Shown: positions 30,555 to 41,017 of the stretch, piece by piece | Layout: every line of letters begins with the position of its first letter | Numbering within the stretch: position 1 is the stretch's first letter | NCBI GenBank assembly: GCA_965206845.1 | Contig: OZ242221.1 | Span: 416,001-480,000 of the forward strand | Length of the DNA stretch: 64,000 nt | Source of the DNA: Cenarchaeum sp. | GTDB lineage: Archaea > Thermoproteota > Nitrososphaeria > Nitrososphaerales > Nitrosopumilaceae | Reading direction: 5' to 3' | Translations under genes and position numbers: made by a program | The notes under the pieces: generated by a model | What the model saw: the letters and a program-made list of their open reading frames with translations, nothing else | What the model was told of the DNA's origin: nothing | Databases searched by the model: none

Positions 30555-31661
30555 CTAGAGTGACGCTCATTGAAAATTTCGCATCACACGCAACGGTACA
30601 GGGATTTGTAGATGTCGAGCCTGATCGAACAAGTCCTGAAATACTCTGACACCGCATGCGTCAGGTCCTCCAGCGTCTCGTAGTGTTCGGAGGTGACAAG
30701 CCTGTATTTTGCATCCTTCCATACGGACTCGACTGCGCTGAGCTTCGGTGTCGCGGTAGGCAGGTACAGGATCTCCAATCCGTCGTGCTCCTCCAGATAC
30801 TTCAGCACATCCCTGTGCTTGTGCTGGCTTGCGTTGTCCGTTACGAGGAGAACCTTGCCCCACTTGCGGCGCACCTCCTTGAGGTATCGTACAAACGTCG
30901 GGCCGTCAAACTTTCCATACTGCCGCATCAGCCTGGTCCCGTCCTCGGCAAGCGCGCCGAACACGATGGTTCTGTCCCTCCTGCCATGCCTGCTGACAGT
31001 CACTGGATCCCCGACGCGCGACCACAGCTTCCTTCCGTTCGTCCCCGTTCTGAGAAATATGGACTCGTCCTGCACCACGATCGTAAATCTGCGCCTTTTT
31101 GCCCCAGATATCGTGCCTGCGGCGCCTGCCTGCCACTGCCTTACCGCATCGGAGTCGGCTGCCGAGGCGTACCCCGTGGTAGACCTCTTGGACGAGAATC
31201 CGAGGAAGCGCAGGATCCTGCGCACGCTGCACAGGCTGTACCTGGCGTTCAGTTTCCCGCGTATCCAGTTCCGAAGCTTTCTGAGGGTGAGCATGTTCTT
31301 GCCGGCAAGCCTGCCGGCCAGTTTCCTGATCCGCACGTACCTTGCACGGGAAGTCCTGTCCCTACCGGGGGCGTCCCGGAGGCCACCGATGCCGCCCTCG
31401 TCGAATCGGGCAACCCACAGTTGTACCGTCCGCTGATCCACGTCCGCAAAGTCAGAGGCGATCTTTGTCGAGTGGCCCTTAAGAACCCCCAAGACCGCCA
31501 TCATCCTATTGCGGATCCTGATATCTCTCTCTGCATGCATGGCCTCCGTCAGCTCCCGTATCGTCTTGCTGTTTTCGTCCATGGTTCGGCGATCCGACGA
31601 TCATTAAGCTTTTCTTTCACTGTCTTTCGTGAGACGAAATTTTCAATGAGCGTCACTCTAG
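30555..31661 (-). mobile_element. IS630-family element A (transposase 30584-31582)
   Basis: Perfect TIRs ctagagtgacgctcattgaaaatttcg, CTAG ends; DDE motifs VQDES, VTDNASQH, LSAVESVW. Confidence 0.92.
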
Positions 31662-32770
31662 AGTCACGCTCACAAATAATTTCGCCTCCTGAAGTGCAGT
31701 TAGGCAGAAAAGCTTTTTGATCACCAGATCGACAAGCCACCCATGGACGAGACTGGCAAGAAGATCCGGGAGCTGACGGAGGCCATGCGTGCAGAGCAGG
31801 ACGCCAGGATCCGCAACAGGATGATGGCGGTGCGCGGAATACTCGCTGGATACCACACAAAGGACGCGGCGTACTTCGCAGACGTGGACCGGCGCACGGT
31901 CCAGCTGTGGGTGGCGCGGTTCGACGAGGGCGGCATCGGTGGCCTCCGGGACGCTCCCGGAAGGGGAAGGCCTCCACGCGCGGGGTACGGGCGGATCAGG
32001 AAACTGGCCGGCAGGCTTGCCGGCAAGAACATGCTCACCCTCAGAAAGCTTCGGAACTGGATACGCGGGAAACTGAACGCCAGGTACAGCCTGTGCAGCG
32101 TGCGCAGGATCCTGCGCTTCCTCGGATTCTCGTCCAAGAGGTCTACCACGGGGTACGCCTCGGCAGCCGACTCCGATGCGGTAAGGCAGTGGCAGGCAGG
32201 CGCCGCAGGCACGATATCTGGGGCAAAAAGGCGCAGATTTACGATCGTGGTGCAGGACGAGTCCATATTTCTCAGAACGGGGACGAACGGAAGGAAGCTG
32301 TGGTCGCGCGTCGGGGATCCAGTGACTGTCAGCAGGCATGGCAGGAGGGACAGAACCATCGTGTTCGGCGCGCTTGCCGAGGACGGGACCAGGCTGATGC
32401 GGCAGTATGGAAAGTTTGACGGCCCGACGTTTGTACGATACCTCAAGGAGGTGCGCCGCAAGTGGGGCAAGGTTCTCCTCGTAACGGACAACGCAAGCCA
32501 GCACAAGCACAGGGATGTGCTGAAGTATCTGGAGGAGCACGACGGATTGGAGATCCTGTACCTGCCTACCGCGACACCGAAGCTCAGCGCAGTCGAGTCC
32601 GTATGGAAGGATGCAAAATACAGGCTTGTCACCTCCGAACACTACGAGACGCTGGAGGACCTGACGCATGCGGTGTCAGAGTATTTCAGGACTTGTTCGA
32701 TCAGGCTCGACATCTACAAATCCCTGTACCGTTGCGTGTGATGCGAAATTTTCAATGAGCGTCACTCTAG
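31658..32770 (+). mobile_element. IS630-family element B (transposase 31743-32741)
   Basis: Shares CTAG 31658-61 with element A; variant left TIR ctagagtcacgctcacaaataatttcg; 3' ~780 bp appears identical to A. Confidence 0.92.
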
Positions 32771-33067
32771 GTCCTCCGCGGATCGCAACGAACGGGCATT
32801 TTAACGAAAACAACAAGGCAGTCGGGCGGAACTCAGTAATCATATCTTCAAGTTTGCGTCAAATCGGGTTGTCTGTTCACGAAGTTATTTCCGGCAGTAT
32901 AAATAAATTATACACAAATATTTGGAAAATGTGGAAGAATTGACACACGGTGGAACTTGCGTCAGATTAGCACACTTTGTGCATCTGCAGGGTGCCGCTA
33001 TGGCGCCAAGTTGCCTGAAAAGCAAGATCAAGAATGCACAAACTCGGCAGCATGGAGGCAGGTTGCA

Positions 33068-33898
33068 TTGAGGTGGAACGCCTTCATGACAGCTCGCAAC
33101 GAGGAAGATATGATAGTAGAAACAATATCTTGCATACGGAATCAGACCATTAAGCCTGACAGCATACACATACTAGACGACGGCTCCACAGACTCTACAG
33201 GCGCGTTACTTGACAGCATGGGAGATGTGATGGTAACTCACATGTTACCACATCCGCCACAGCTCGCCTCGCGCGACATCATGGAAAACCGGGATCGTCT
33301 CATGCGCATCGCGTCGACAAATGCAGACTACGTGCTGTGTATTGATGCAGACTTGCACATACCGCCGAACTACATGGAGCTCATAACAAGCAAGATGGAA
33401 TCAGACTGTGTGATGGTTGCGTGTGGTGTGGACAAGAACGAGCCACGAATAATGCCGCCGGAACCAGGTCTTGTGGTGGATGCGAGATGGCTCCATTCGC
33501 ATGATGTGCTACCTACATTCCCGGCATGTGACTTGGCGGTGCAGTCGTTAATTGACGGATACCCGTCCGCAATGTATAAGGACATATCACGCCGCAACAG
33601 GAGAAAAGTTGGCACCAATTATAACGGGGCTGTGTGGAGACGAAAGGGAGAAGTAATGCGCAGATACGGGGTGTTGCTTCCCGTTATATTATACAACTCT
33701 GCAAGATGGAGATCTTTGGATCTTCTACGGGGCTATATTTCATACAAGAAGGAGAGATCATCTGCGTCCTTCCAAAGATGGTTCAAAGATTACCACATAG
33801 AGCGTCTCAAGACAAAACTTGGATTACACTCGTGGATGTTCCGGGAAACAAATACGGCGTTGTTCCTACTACCTAAAAAGGACATACTCTCAAATTAA
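33068..33898 (+). CDS. Glycosyltransferase family 2 (GT-A)
   Basis: ARNEE, LDDGSTDST, IDAD; TTG start inferred from paralogs. Confidence 0.85.
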   Translation: MRWNAFMTARNEEDMIVETISCIRNQTIKPDSIHILDDGSTDSTGALLDSMGDVMVTHMLPHPPQLASRDIMENRDRLMRIASTNADYVLCIDADLHIPPNYMELITSKMESDCVMVACGVDKNEPRIMPPEPGLVVDARWLHSHDVLPTFPACDLAVQSLIDGYPSAMYKDISRRNRRKVGTNYNGAVWRRKGEVMRRYGVLLPVILYNSARWRSLDLLRGYISYKKERSSASFQRWFKDYHIERLKTKLGLHSWMFRETNTALFLLPKKDILSN

Positions 33899-34015
33899 AA
33901 TTCGTTGTGACAACTTGTAACCTAACAATCAGCTAACTCAAATGTAGGTTCACACACAGCCTGACGCTTTCCATACCGGCGACTGTCTTCTTCGCAAACG
34001 TTGTTACAGTATTGA

Positions 34016-34302
34016 TTATGACGTATTCTTGTAACTGAGCACTCTTTTAGCAAGCTCTAATTGTATATCTATACTCACACAGGCAATATCAAACAATTTG
34101 CATTGTTTTTCCAATTTCTCATCATTGGTAACAATAACTAAGTTGTGTTCTTTTGCAAACCTGACAACTTGGGGATCCGGAGATTCTTTGGATGGACAGC
34201 CTTCATCTCCAATTTTTTTGAATTTTACATTGCCATCCAGATATCGATCAAGGTCCAAGACATTTTCATGCCATGAATTTTTACAAGCAGAAACTCAATC
34301 AT
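34016..34302 (-). pseudogene. DUF5615/Mut7-C PIN-like protein disrupted by a 14-bp insertion
   Basis: Removing 34270-34283 restores MIEFLLDENV..., joined to DPQVVRFAKEHNLVIVTNDEKL. Confidence 0.65.
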
Positions 34303-34346
34303 CACCAGCATCCAATACATTTTATATTAAAAGGGATCGTTTGAGG

Positions 34347-35550
34347 GGGCGTTGTCCACTTCTCGCAAATCTCATTTCATTTGATACAGCTTTGAGAATG
34401 TCATATCGCTTCTGATCTTTCTCATTTGGGCGATTCATGGTGCAATCGGCCCCGCAGCGGCCCCAACGGGGACTGGTTTGGATAGTGCGACATAGCGTGT
34501 GCTGAGGCAGGTGCATGCGTCCGGCGCATGCAATTCAGCTACGACAGCAGATTGTAGCAGACACTCCTCAAGATCAGCCGGAGCCTCTGGAGCGGGAACG
34601 TTTTTGCCGCCACTATGGTGCCAAATCTGACCTTGAATGACGAGAACACAGACTCCACCAAGCTGCGCCGGTGGTACGTCCTCTCAAACTCTTCTGGGTT
34701 CTCCTTCCTCCACCTGAGCATCTCTGCCCTCGGGTTGTAGCCCTTGAGGGTATGATCCTTGCGCGGGTCGATCACGGGCCTCCTGCCGCTGTAACGGATC
34801 ATCCTGTAGTTCTCGTAGGCGTCGTATGCCGCGTCAAGCATCACGCACCCCGCGCCGCCAGGCACTCTCGCGAAGATCCGCCTGAACCAAGGCGAGTCGT
34901 GGGCCGTTCCCTTGGTAACCTCGCAGGACACGATCTTCTTGCCGCGCGCGTCTGCCAACACGTGCAGCTTGACGAACCTGCGTCTAGATATGATCCCCCT
35001 CTTGGCGTCTTGCCAGTCCTCGTACCGCATTATGGAGAACCCGCTGGAATCCCCCAGCAGGGATCCGCGCGCCGCGTCCCCCGCAAGCATGCCTACCACC
35101 CCCTGTATCTTGGCGCATTCTGCGAGCACTACGGCCGCATGGTGTAGGCACGACTTTGAGGGAACTCTTTTTAGGCCACACATGTGCAGTAAACCCTGGT
35201 GTGACTCTATGTACGAGACGTGCGAGCGGTACGAGTGGCCGCGGAACTCCTTGTCCACGAGGCATGCCAGGTACGAGATCATGCGTTTCTCGGTCGCAGA
35301 CCGGGGCTCGTAGATGTCGTTGAGTAGGGCGAGGAGGGCTTTGGCTCTGATCTGAATCCGTTTGCCTTCTCCCCTCCTTTCTCTTTCATACCTGCAATAG
35401 TATCCCTTGGGCCTAATCCACTTCGTGTTCTTGCTGCGCCTCTGATCCTTGCTGTTGTTCTTGCTGTGTTTCTTGTTCATTGGAGCTGACGCAAGATCCG
35501 TGATCTTTAAGCTTTTTGGCGTTTTTCTGTTATGGGTTTGGACAACGCCC
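34347..35550 (-). mobile_element. IS5-family element with apparently intact transposase (34539-35480)
   Basis: TIR gggcgttgtcca / tggacaacgccc; GDSSG, VKLH, HDSP, LDAAYD, RRSLVESVFSSFK. Confidence 0.85.
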
Positions 35551-35618
35551 TTCCGGGCCGTCTCGACGAAATTCTTCTCTCTTTTGAGGGGCCTTGTGAC
35601 GGTCTCGTACCTGGTGGT

Positions 35619-36032
35619 CTACACGCCGCTGCTGTCAGCCCCCAGCGGGCCGGTTGCGCTGCCCGCCTCGTCCATGCACAGAGTGGCGGTCTTGGTCAGG
35701 ATCATGTCCAGCCAGTCCTGCGGAATGGTCTGGAGATGCCTGGCCAAGGTGGTGTGGTCGGAGATGGGCTCGCCGGCCCACGGCATCTTTATCACGGACA
35801 GGTCGCTCTCCATATCGCGGGAGGTCTTGTGCCATGCGACCATCAGGATGCAGATGAAGTCCAGTTTGGCTCTGGAGTGTACGGGGGGTCGGCCCCTGTT
35901 ACTCTTCTCTCGACGCGGGCATGGATTCTCCCGCACAAGATTCATTATCGTGTCAATCAGGAATGCGGTTTCGGTGCAGTGTCCCAAGTGGTAACACATC
36001 CAATAGTCCGGTCGTCGCTTGTGTTTGATCAT
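35619..36032 (-). pseudogene. IS5-like transposase N-terminal fragment
   Basis: RGRPP, SDHTTL, GADSSGV, then truncated. Confidence 0.7.
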
Positions 36033-36174
36033 TGCCGCGTACGCGAGATCGCGATCAAAAAACGTATCAGATTAGGTGCAGCGTGGTTAGGGGGGAGTTA
36101 CGTAACAACCTCGCAACAAACAAAGGACAAATATTATGCAAAGCAGAAATATCCGGGTGGGTGTGAAAGACGGC

Positions 36175-37002
36175 ATGAAATGGGCTGCATTCCTGACACT
36201 GCGCAACGAGGAACACAACATAGATGGTGTGATGGCATCCATAATGGATCAAAGTGCCAAGCCGTCGCGCATATTGGTGTTTGATGACGGCTCGACTGAC
36301 CGCACCGGAGAGATGCTTGACGGCATGACGGGCGTGACTGTCTCGCATGGCCCGCCCCACCCGCCGCAGCACTCGCATCCCGATTTCGTTGCGAGGCGGT
36401 TCGAGCTTATGAAAGCCGCCCTGCCTGGTATGGATTACGTGGTGAGTGTGGACGCGGACGTGCGGCTTGAACCTAGATACGTAGAACGCGTTACACACAG
36501 GATGGAACTAGACGGCGCAGCAATAGCAAGCGGCGCGGATCCGAGCCACTACACGATGAGGCCCATAGAACAGGGTATGGTGATAGATGCCAAGTGGGTC
36601 AGGGGGCGGCACATGCTGCACCAGTACGCGCTCAACTTTTTGTGCGCCGAGGCTGCAGACGACGGCCGCTCGTGTGCGGTGTACCGGGACATCGCGTTTA
36701 GTACGTCTAGGACGTTTGGGGTGAATTACGGCACCAACATAAAGTGGCTGCGCGGCGCCAACCAGAGGCAGCGCGGTATGGCGTGGTACTGGGCGCTGTA
36801 TATGTTGGTGCGCGGCCGTAAATGGTCATGGTGGCGCGGTTATGTTTCCTACAGGGGGCATAAGTTGCCTGCATACCACGGAAAGTGGTGCAACGACTTC
36901 CTCATGGCACAGCAGAAGAGGAAACTAGGCCTGAAACAGGACATGATCATAGACAAGAACTCAGCTACGTACATAGTCCCAAGGAGCCAGCATGGGCGTT
37001 AA
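36175..37002 (+). CDS. Glycosyltransferase family 2
   Basis: MKWAAFLTLRNEE, FDDGSTDRT, VDAD. Confidence 0.85.
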   Translation: MKWAAFLTLRNEEHNIDGVMASIMDQSAKPSRILVFDDGSTDRTGEMLDGMTGVTVSHGPPHPPQHSHPDFVARRFELMKAALPGMDYVVSVDADVRLEPRYVERVTHRMELDGAAIASGADPSHYTMRPIEQGMVIDAKWVRGRHMLHQYALNFLCAEAADDGRSCAVYRDIAFSTSRTFGVNYGTNIKWLRGANQRQRGMAWYWALYMLVRGRKWSWWRGYVSYRGHKLPAYHGKWCNDFLMAQQKRKLGLKQDMIIDKNSATYIVPRSQHGR

Positions 37003-37870
37003 AGGATGGAACCTGCGCGACTGGGTGTATGATCACCCGAGAGTACAGGGAGCATACAGAGGACGCGGTCGGTGGCTCACCGGCCCGTTCCGGATGCTGC
37101 CAGACTTTGTGATTATCGGCGCCCAAAAGTGTGGCACTACATCCATGTATGATTTTATCACGCGCCACCAGGACGTCGCCCCGGCGCGCGTCAAAGAGGT
37201 ACACCATTTCACCTTCCACAACCGGCTAGATCGCATCAGATGGGATGGACCTGCACCAGACCAAGAAAAATTCGGCACCAACTGGTATCGCTCCAACTTC
37301 CCTACGAAGCTTTTGGGGAGCCTGCATTCCCTCCGGCACGACCGAAGGCTGATCACCGGCGAGGCGACCACGGCTTACCTTCCGTACCCGGGCGTACCCG
37401 AAAGGATGGCGCGCCTCCTGCCGGATGCCAAACTCATCGTCACGTTACGCAACCCCGTGGATCGTGCCTACTCGGCATATAACTTCCACAAATGGTACTA
37501 CGGCGATCTCAGAACGTTTGAAGACGCCATAATGCAAGACATGAACGGGACCGAGACGCGTTATACCCGAACGTATCTAGTGCACGGGCACTACGCCGAT
37601 CATCTGGAGCGATGGTTCCGACACTACCCCCGAGAGCGTTTTTTGATACTAGCCGATACGGAGATGCGCGCCGATCTTCAGGGCACGATGGACCGTGTTT
37701 GGGAGTTTTTGAAACTGCGACCGCACTCGTTCGGGCACGACACCCCGCCGGATCTCAACGTCGGCAAATACAAGCCCATGTCTGCCGACATGCGCTCGCT
37801 GCTGGAATCGTACTACGCGCCCCACGACGCGAAGCTGGTCGACCTATTGGGCGGGCACCGGTTTTGGTAG
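36992..37870 (+). CDS. PAPS-dependent sulfotransferase
   Basis: PDFVIIGAQKCGTTSMY, KEVHHF, GEATTAY, LRNPVDRAYS; overlaps the end of the upstream GT2. Confidence 0.9.
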   Translation: MGVKGWNLRDWVYDHPRVQGAYRGRGRWLTGPFRMLPDFVIIGAQKCGTTSMYDFITRHQDVAPARVKEVHHFTFHNRLDRIRWDGPAPDQEKFGTNWYRSNFPTKLLGSLHSLRHDRRLITGEATTAYLPYPGVPERMARLLPDAKLIVTLRNPVDRAYSAYNFHKWYYGDLRTFEDAIMQDMNGTETRYTRTYLVHGHYADHLERWFRHYPRERFLILADTEMRADLQGTMDRVWEFLKLRPHSFGHDTPPDLNVGKYKPMSADMRSLLESYYAPHDAKLVDLLGGHRFW

Positions 37871-38683
37871 GATGAACATCCCCCTCCCGTCAGGGTCAGC
37901 CCTGAACATCCACGATTCTAGGCCGAGCTTAGTCCTAAGACGCTGCTTCTGGTAGAGTTTCATCCACTCGCACAGCGCCGGATCCTTTGGCGGACCCCGG
38001 TACGACAGGTATCCCCAAAGCGACATCGCGTCACGATTCCGTGCGGCTTTGAGCAACGCCCACGGAAAATATGTGCTGTACGCGCGCATCTGTCCGCCCG
38101 CCCGCACCCGATCGGCGCGCGTATAATTGGTCTTCATGGGACGCACGTGTGTTAGGGCGACGTCCAAGTATTTTATCGTGGGGTGGCCGTCCAGCACCGA
38201 ATACATGGATATCTCGTAGTCAAACGGCAACCTAGGAGTATGCTGGCGCATCCAAACCGCGTCGATCACCATGCCGGGTTCGACCGGCAGTATGCCGCCG
38301 TGGCCGTTGGTGTCAGTCCCCCCAGATACCGCTACGTTGTCGGCGGTCATGTTGGCCATGATGCGCTCCATGTAGTCAGGTGGGATCCGCGTGTCCGCAT
38401 CCACGTTGAGCACGTAGTCCACACCAGGGTGGAGAGCCGTAGCATGCATGAGATCCGTGCGCTTTTCCACGTACAATCTCGTGTGGTGTCCGGACTCGCA
38501 CGACGAGCCGTGCGAGGCGATCACGTCCGTCATGCCGTCGAGCATCTCTCCGGTGCGGTCAGTCGAGCCATCATCGTGCACGAGGAATACTTCGGGCGGG
38601 ATCGTCTGGGCCAAGATGCAGCGCACGGCATCGGTTATGTAGCGCTCTTCATTGCGCGCCATACAAAAAGCCGCCCAGCGCAT
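37844..38683 (-). CDS. Glycosyltransferase family 2
   Basis: MRWAAFCMARNEE, HDDGSTDRT, VDAD; ATG overlaps the epimerase stop. Confidence 0.85.
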   Translation of the reverse strand: MRWAAFCMARNEERYITDAVRCILAQTIPPEVFLVHDDGSTDRTGEMLDGMTDVIASHGSSCESGHHTRLYVEKRTDLMHATALHPGVDYVLNVDADTRIPPDYMERIMANMTADNVAVSGGTDTNGHGGILPVEPGMVIDAVWMRQHTPRLPFDYEISMYSVLDGHPTIKYLDVALTHVRPMKTNYTRADRVRAGGQMRAYSTYFPWALLKAARNRDAMSLWGYLSYRGPPKDPALCEWMKLYQKQRLRTKLGLESWMFRADPDGRGMFILPKPVPAQ

Positions 38684-39642
38684 CAGATCTCTTTCTCCTT
38701 TCCCGAACACATCTGCTGTGCTCCGGAGAATGAAAAAGTAGCAAGTATCTTTTGCACGCATTCCTCCAACGTGACCCTCGGCACCCAGTCCAAGTAGAGG
38801 CGGGTCTTTTTTACTGATGCGACATTCGCGCCGCCACCGCCGGGTTGGGGGGTGTCGTGCACGGGCTCCATGCCGGCACCGGCAATCTTAACCACTAAGC
38901 GTGCGAGATTCCCAATCGAGACCCCAGCACCGCTTCCTATATTGAAGAACCCGTACGGTATGTCAGACTTCATCGCGGCCACGTTGGCCCGGACCACGTC
39001 ATCCACGTGCACAAAATCTCGGATCTGGTTGCCGTCGCCGAATATCTTAGGCGGGGAACCACTGGCAACGGAGTGCGCCATCTTGGAGATCGCTCCGGCA
39101 TACTTGAGATCACGGCCCGATCCGGCCACATTGAAGTAGCGGAGTAAGACTATGCGGGCGCCGGCCTTGCAGTACCTTGCGGCCATCATCTCCCCCCGGT
39201 ATTTGGTCCAAGCGTACGGACTCGCCGGGTCTCGCGGGTAGGTCTCGCGGATTGGCCTCGTTGAGGTGGTGTCTCCATACACGCTGCCGCTGCTGGCAAA
39301 CACCACCCTCGTCCGCGTCTTGAGGGCGATCTTGAACACGTTATCCGTACCGGCCACATTGACCCGGTGGTAGTCGAATGCCCGTTCGAACGACTCCGGG
39401 ACGTACGCTAGCGCGGCCTGGTGGAATATGCCGTCGGATCCCCCACCCAAGTGCTTACAGATTGCGTCATAATCGGTAATGTCGGCATTTACGAATTCTA
39501 TCTTGTCGCGCACATTGTCCAAGTTCGACATCTTTCCTCTGGACAGGTCGTCTACCACTGTCACGGTGTGACTCGCTCCGCACAGGTGCTTTGCTATATG
39601 GCTCCCAATCATCCCGGCTCCGCCGGTCACCACGTAGTGCAT
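38683..39642 (-). CDS. NAD-dependent nucleotide-sugar epimerase/dehydratase
   Basis: TGGAGMIG, ASSGSVYG, YAWTK (YxxxK), LRYFNV, RDFVHVDDV. Confidence 0.9.
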   Translation of the reverse strand: MHYVVTGGAGMIGSHIAKHLCGASHTVTVVDDLSRGKMSNLDNVRDKIEFVNADITDYDAICKHLGGGSDGIFHQAALAYVPESFERAFDYHRVNVAGTDNVFKIALKTRTRVVFASSGSVYGDTTSTRPIRETYPRDPASPYAWTKYRGEMMAARYCKAGARIVLLRYFNVAGSGRDLKYAGAISKMAHSVASGSPPKIFGDGNQIRDFVHVDDVVRANVAAMKSDIPYGFFNIGSGAGVSIGNLARLVVKIAGAGMEPVHDTPQPGGGGANVASVKKTRLYLDWVPRVTLEECVQKILATFSFSGAQQMCSGKEKEI

Positions 39643-39730
39643 TATCTAGATTACAGTGTCCTGAAATTGATTTGCTTTCTCTGCATTGGATTAGTCTCTT
39701 GTCTGCTGGTTAATAATCATTGGTAACCAT

Positions 39731-40868
39731 TAGTGTGTTGCATAATTCCCCCTGCTCGCTTAGAACATGCACGGGCCTTGCATATTTTGGACTACACCTC
39801 ACCTGCCCCCATGTCTACCAGCCTGTTGTACGTGGCCACCTTGATCCTGACTTCCTGCACCATGTTCTTCCACTTTAGCGAGTACAGGTGCTCGCCGAAC
39901 ATCCGCTTGAAGGCAGAGAACACGATCTCCACCAGCCACCTCTTGCCGTACTCGACCTTCTTTTTCCATTCCTCCCGGAAGCGCCTTTTCTCGTAGTCTG
40001 ACATTCTCCACACGTGGCTGTCAGCAGATCCGCCAAGCTGCTTCCTGACTGCGATCCCCATGCGTCGCCGATCCCTTTCCCGCGCGCCATCGAGTTTACC
40101 CTGAGCTTGATGCGTGAATCCACGCCACGATCCCCGCATGCAGTCACGCTGCTTCTGGAAGCGTAAGCAGCATCTCCGTACAGGCAGCATCCTGCGTCTG
40201 CCGGCCCGGCGGCGGAATCCTGCGTCTGACCTGTCCGCGTCGCAACCTCCAAAGCCTCGTCAAGCAGCGGAATGGGCATCGGCGAGTCTCCGGTTCTGTC
40301 GTCGGTGACCTAGACTGCCAGTATCTTCTTCGTGTCCACGTCCACCATCACGTGGAGCTTGACGAATCCTCTCCGGATCTTCCATTTGTGTCTGATCCAC
40401 TCTCTCCTGTTGTGCTGCTTTAGGCCGGTGGAGTCGACTGCGAGGCGGACCGGCACTGTCCCGCCGCCCGTGACGGTAAACACGCTGCCATTCCTTTTGA
40501 CCTCCAATGCTTGGAACCTTCTGTATATTGTGGTGTAGCAGGGCGTGTCCCAGTCACCGAGCGTCTCAATCAGCATTCCCTGCAGGTGCCCGTACGGCAG
40601 TCCTGTCATCGATTTTACCGCCGCCAGGGCCGCAAACAGTGACTCGGCGTACTGGAACGGCGCGCCCATCTTGTTCCTGTTAGCGGCCATCGCCTCCTCG
40701 CGCCTTTGCGGATCGTTCCGGATGATCAGCGCTTGGCCGCGCTTGACGTATTTCTCGTTGTCAGTCGTCACCAGTCTGCATCTGATCCACTGATCCTTAG
40801 CTTTTTCGGTCTCGGATGGAGTGTGGATATTCACGGTAATGTACTAGGAGGAATTATGCAACACACTA
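39731..40868 (-). mobile_element. IS5-family (IS903-like) element with disrupted transposase
   Basis: 19-bp TIR tagtgtgttgcataattcc; AVDSTG, VKLH, YGDAAY, RWLVEIVFSAFKRMFGE; in-frame TAG at 40310-40312 plus a frameshift. Confidence 0.85.
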
Positions 40869-41017
40869 GATAGTATGTTAACACCCACCACGTTTGGTGA
40901 GTAGACAGGGGTTAACACACTATCATAGAATCTAATTATAGAAATTGGAGAAACAGAGTCAATTTTTGGTTACGCTTACAAACGATTAATGCATGTTCGT
41001 AAAAATCTCACGCATGG

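Noticed and set aside
27280-32669. Long antisense ORFs (431, 354 and 338 aa)
   Set aside because: They lie opposite transposase genes in GC-rich DNA and show no motifs.
16562-40312. Amber read-through or pyrrolysine recoding
   Set aside because: Both transposases also have frameshifts, many core genes end in TAG, and no pyl genes are seen.
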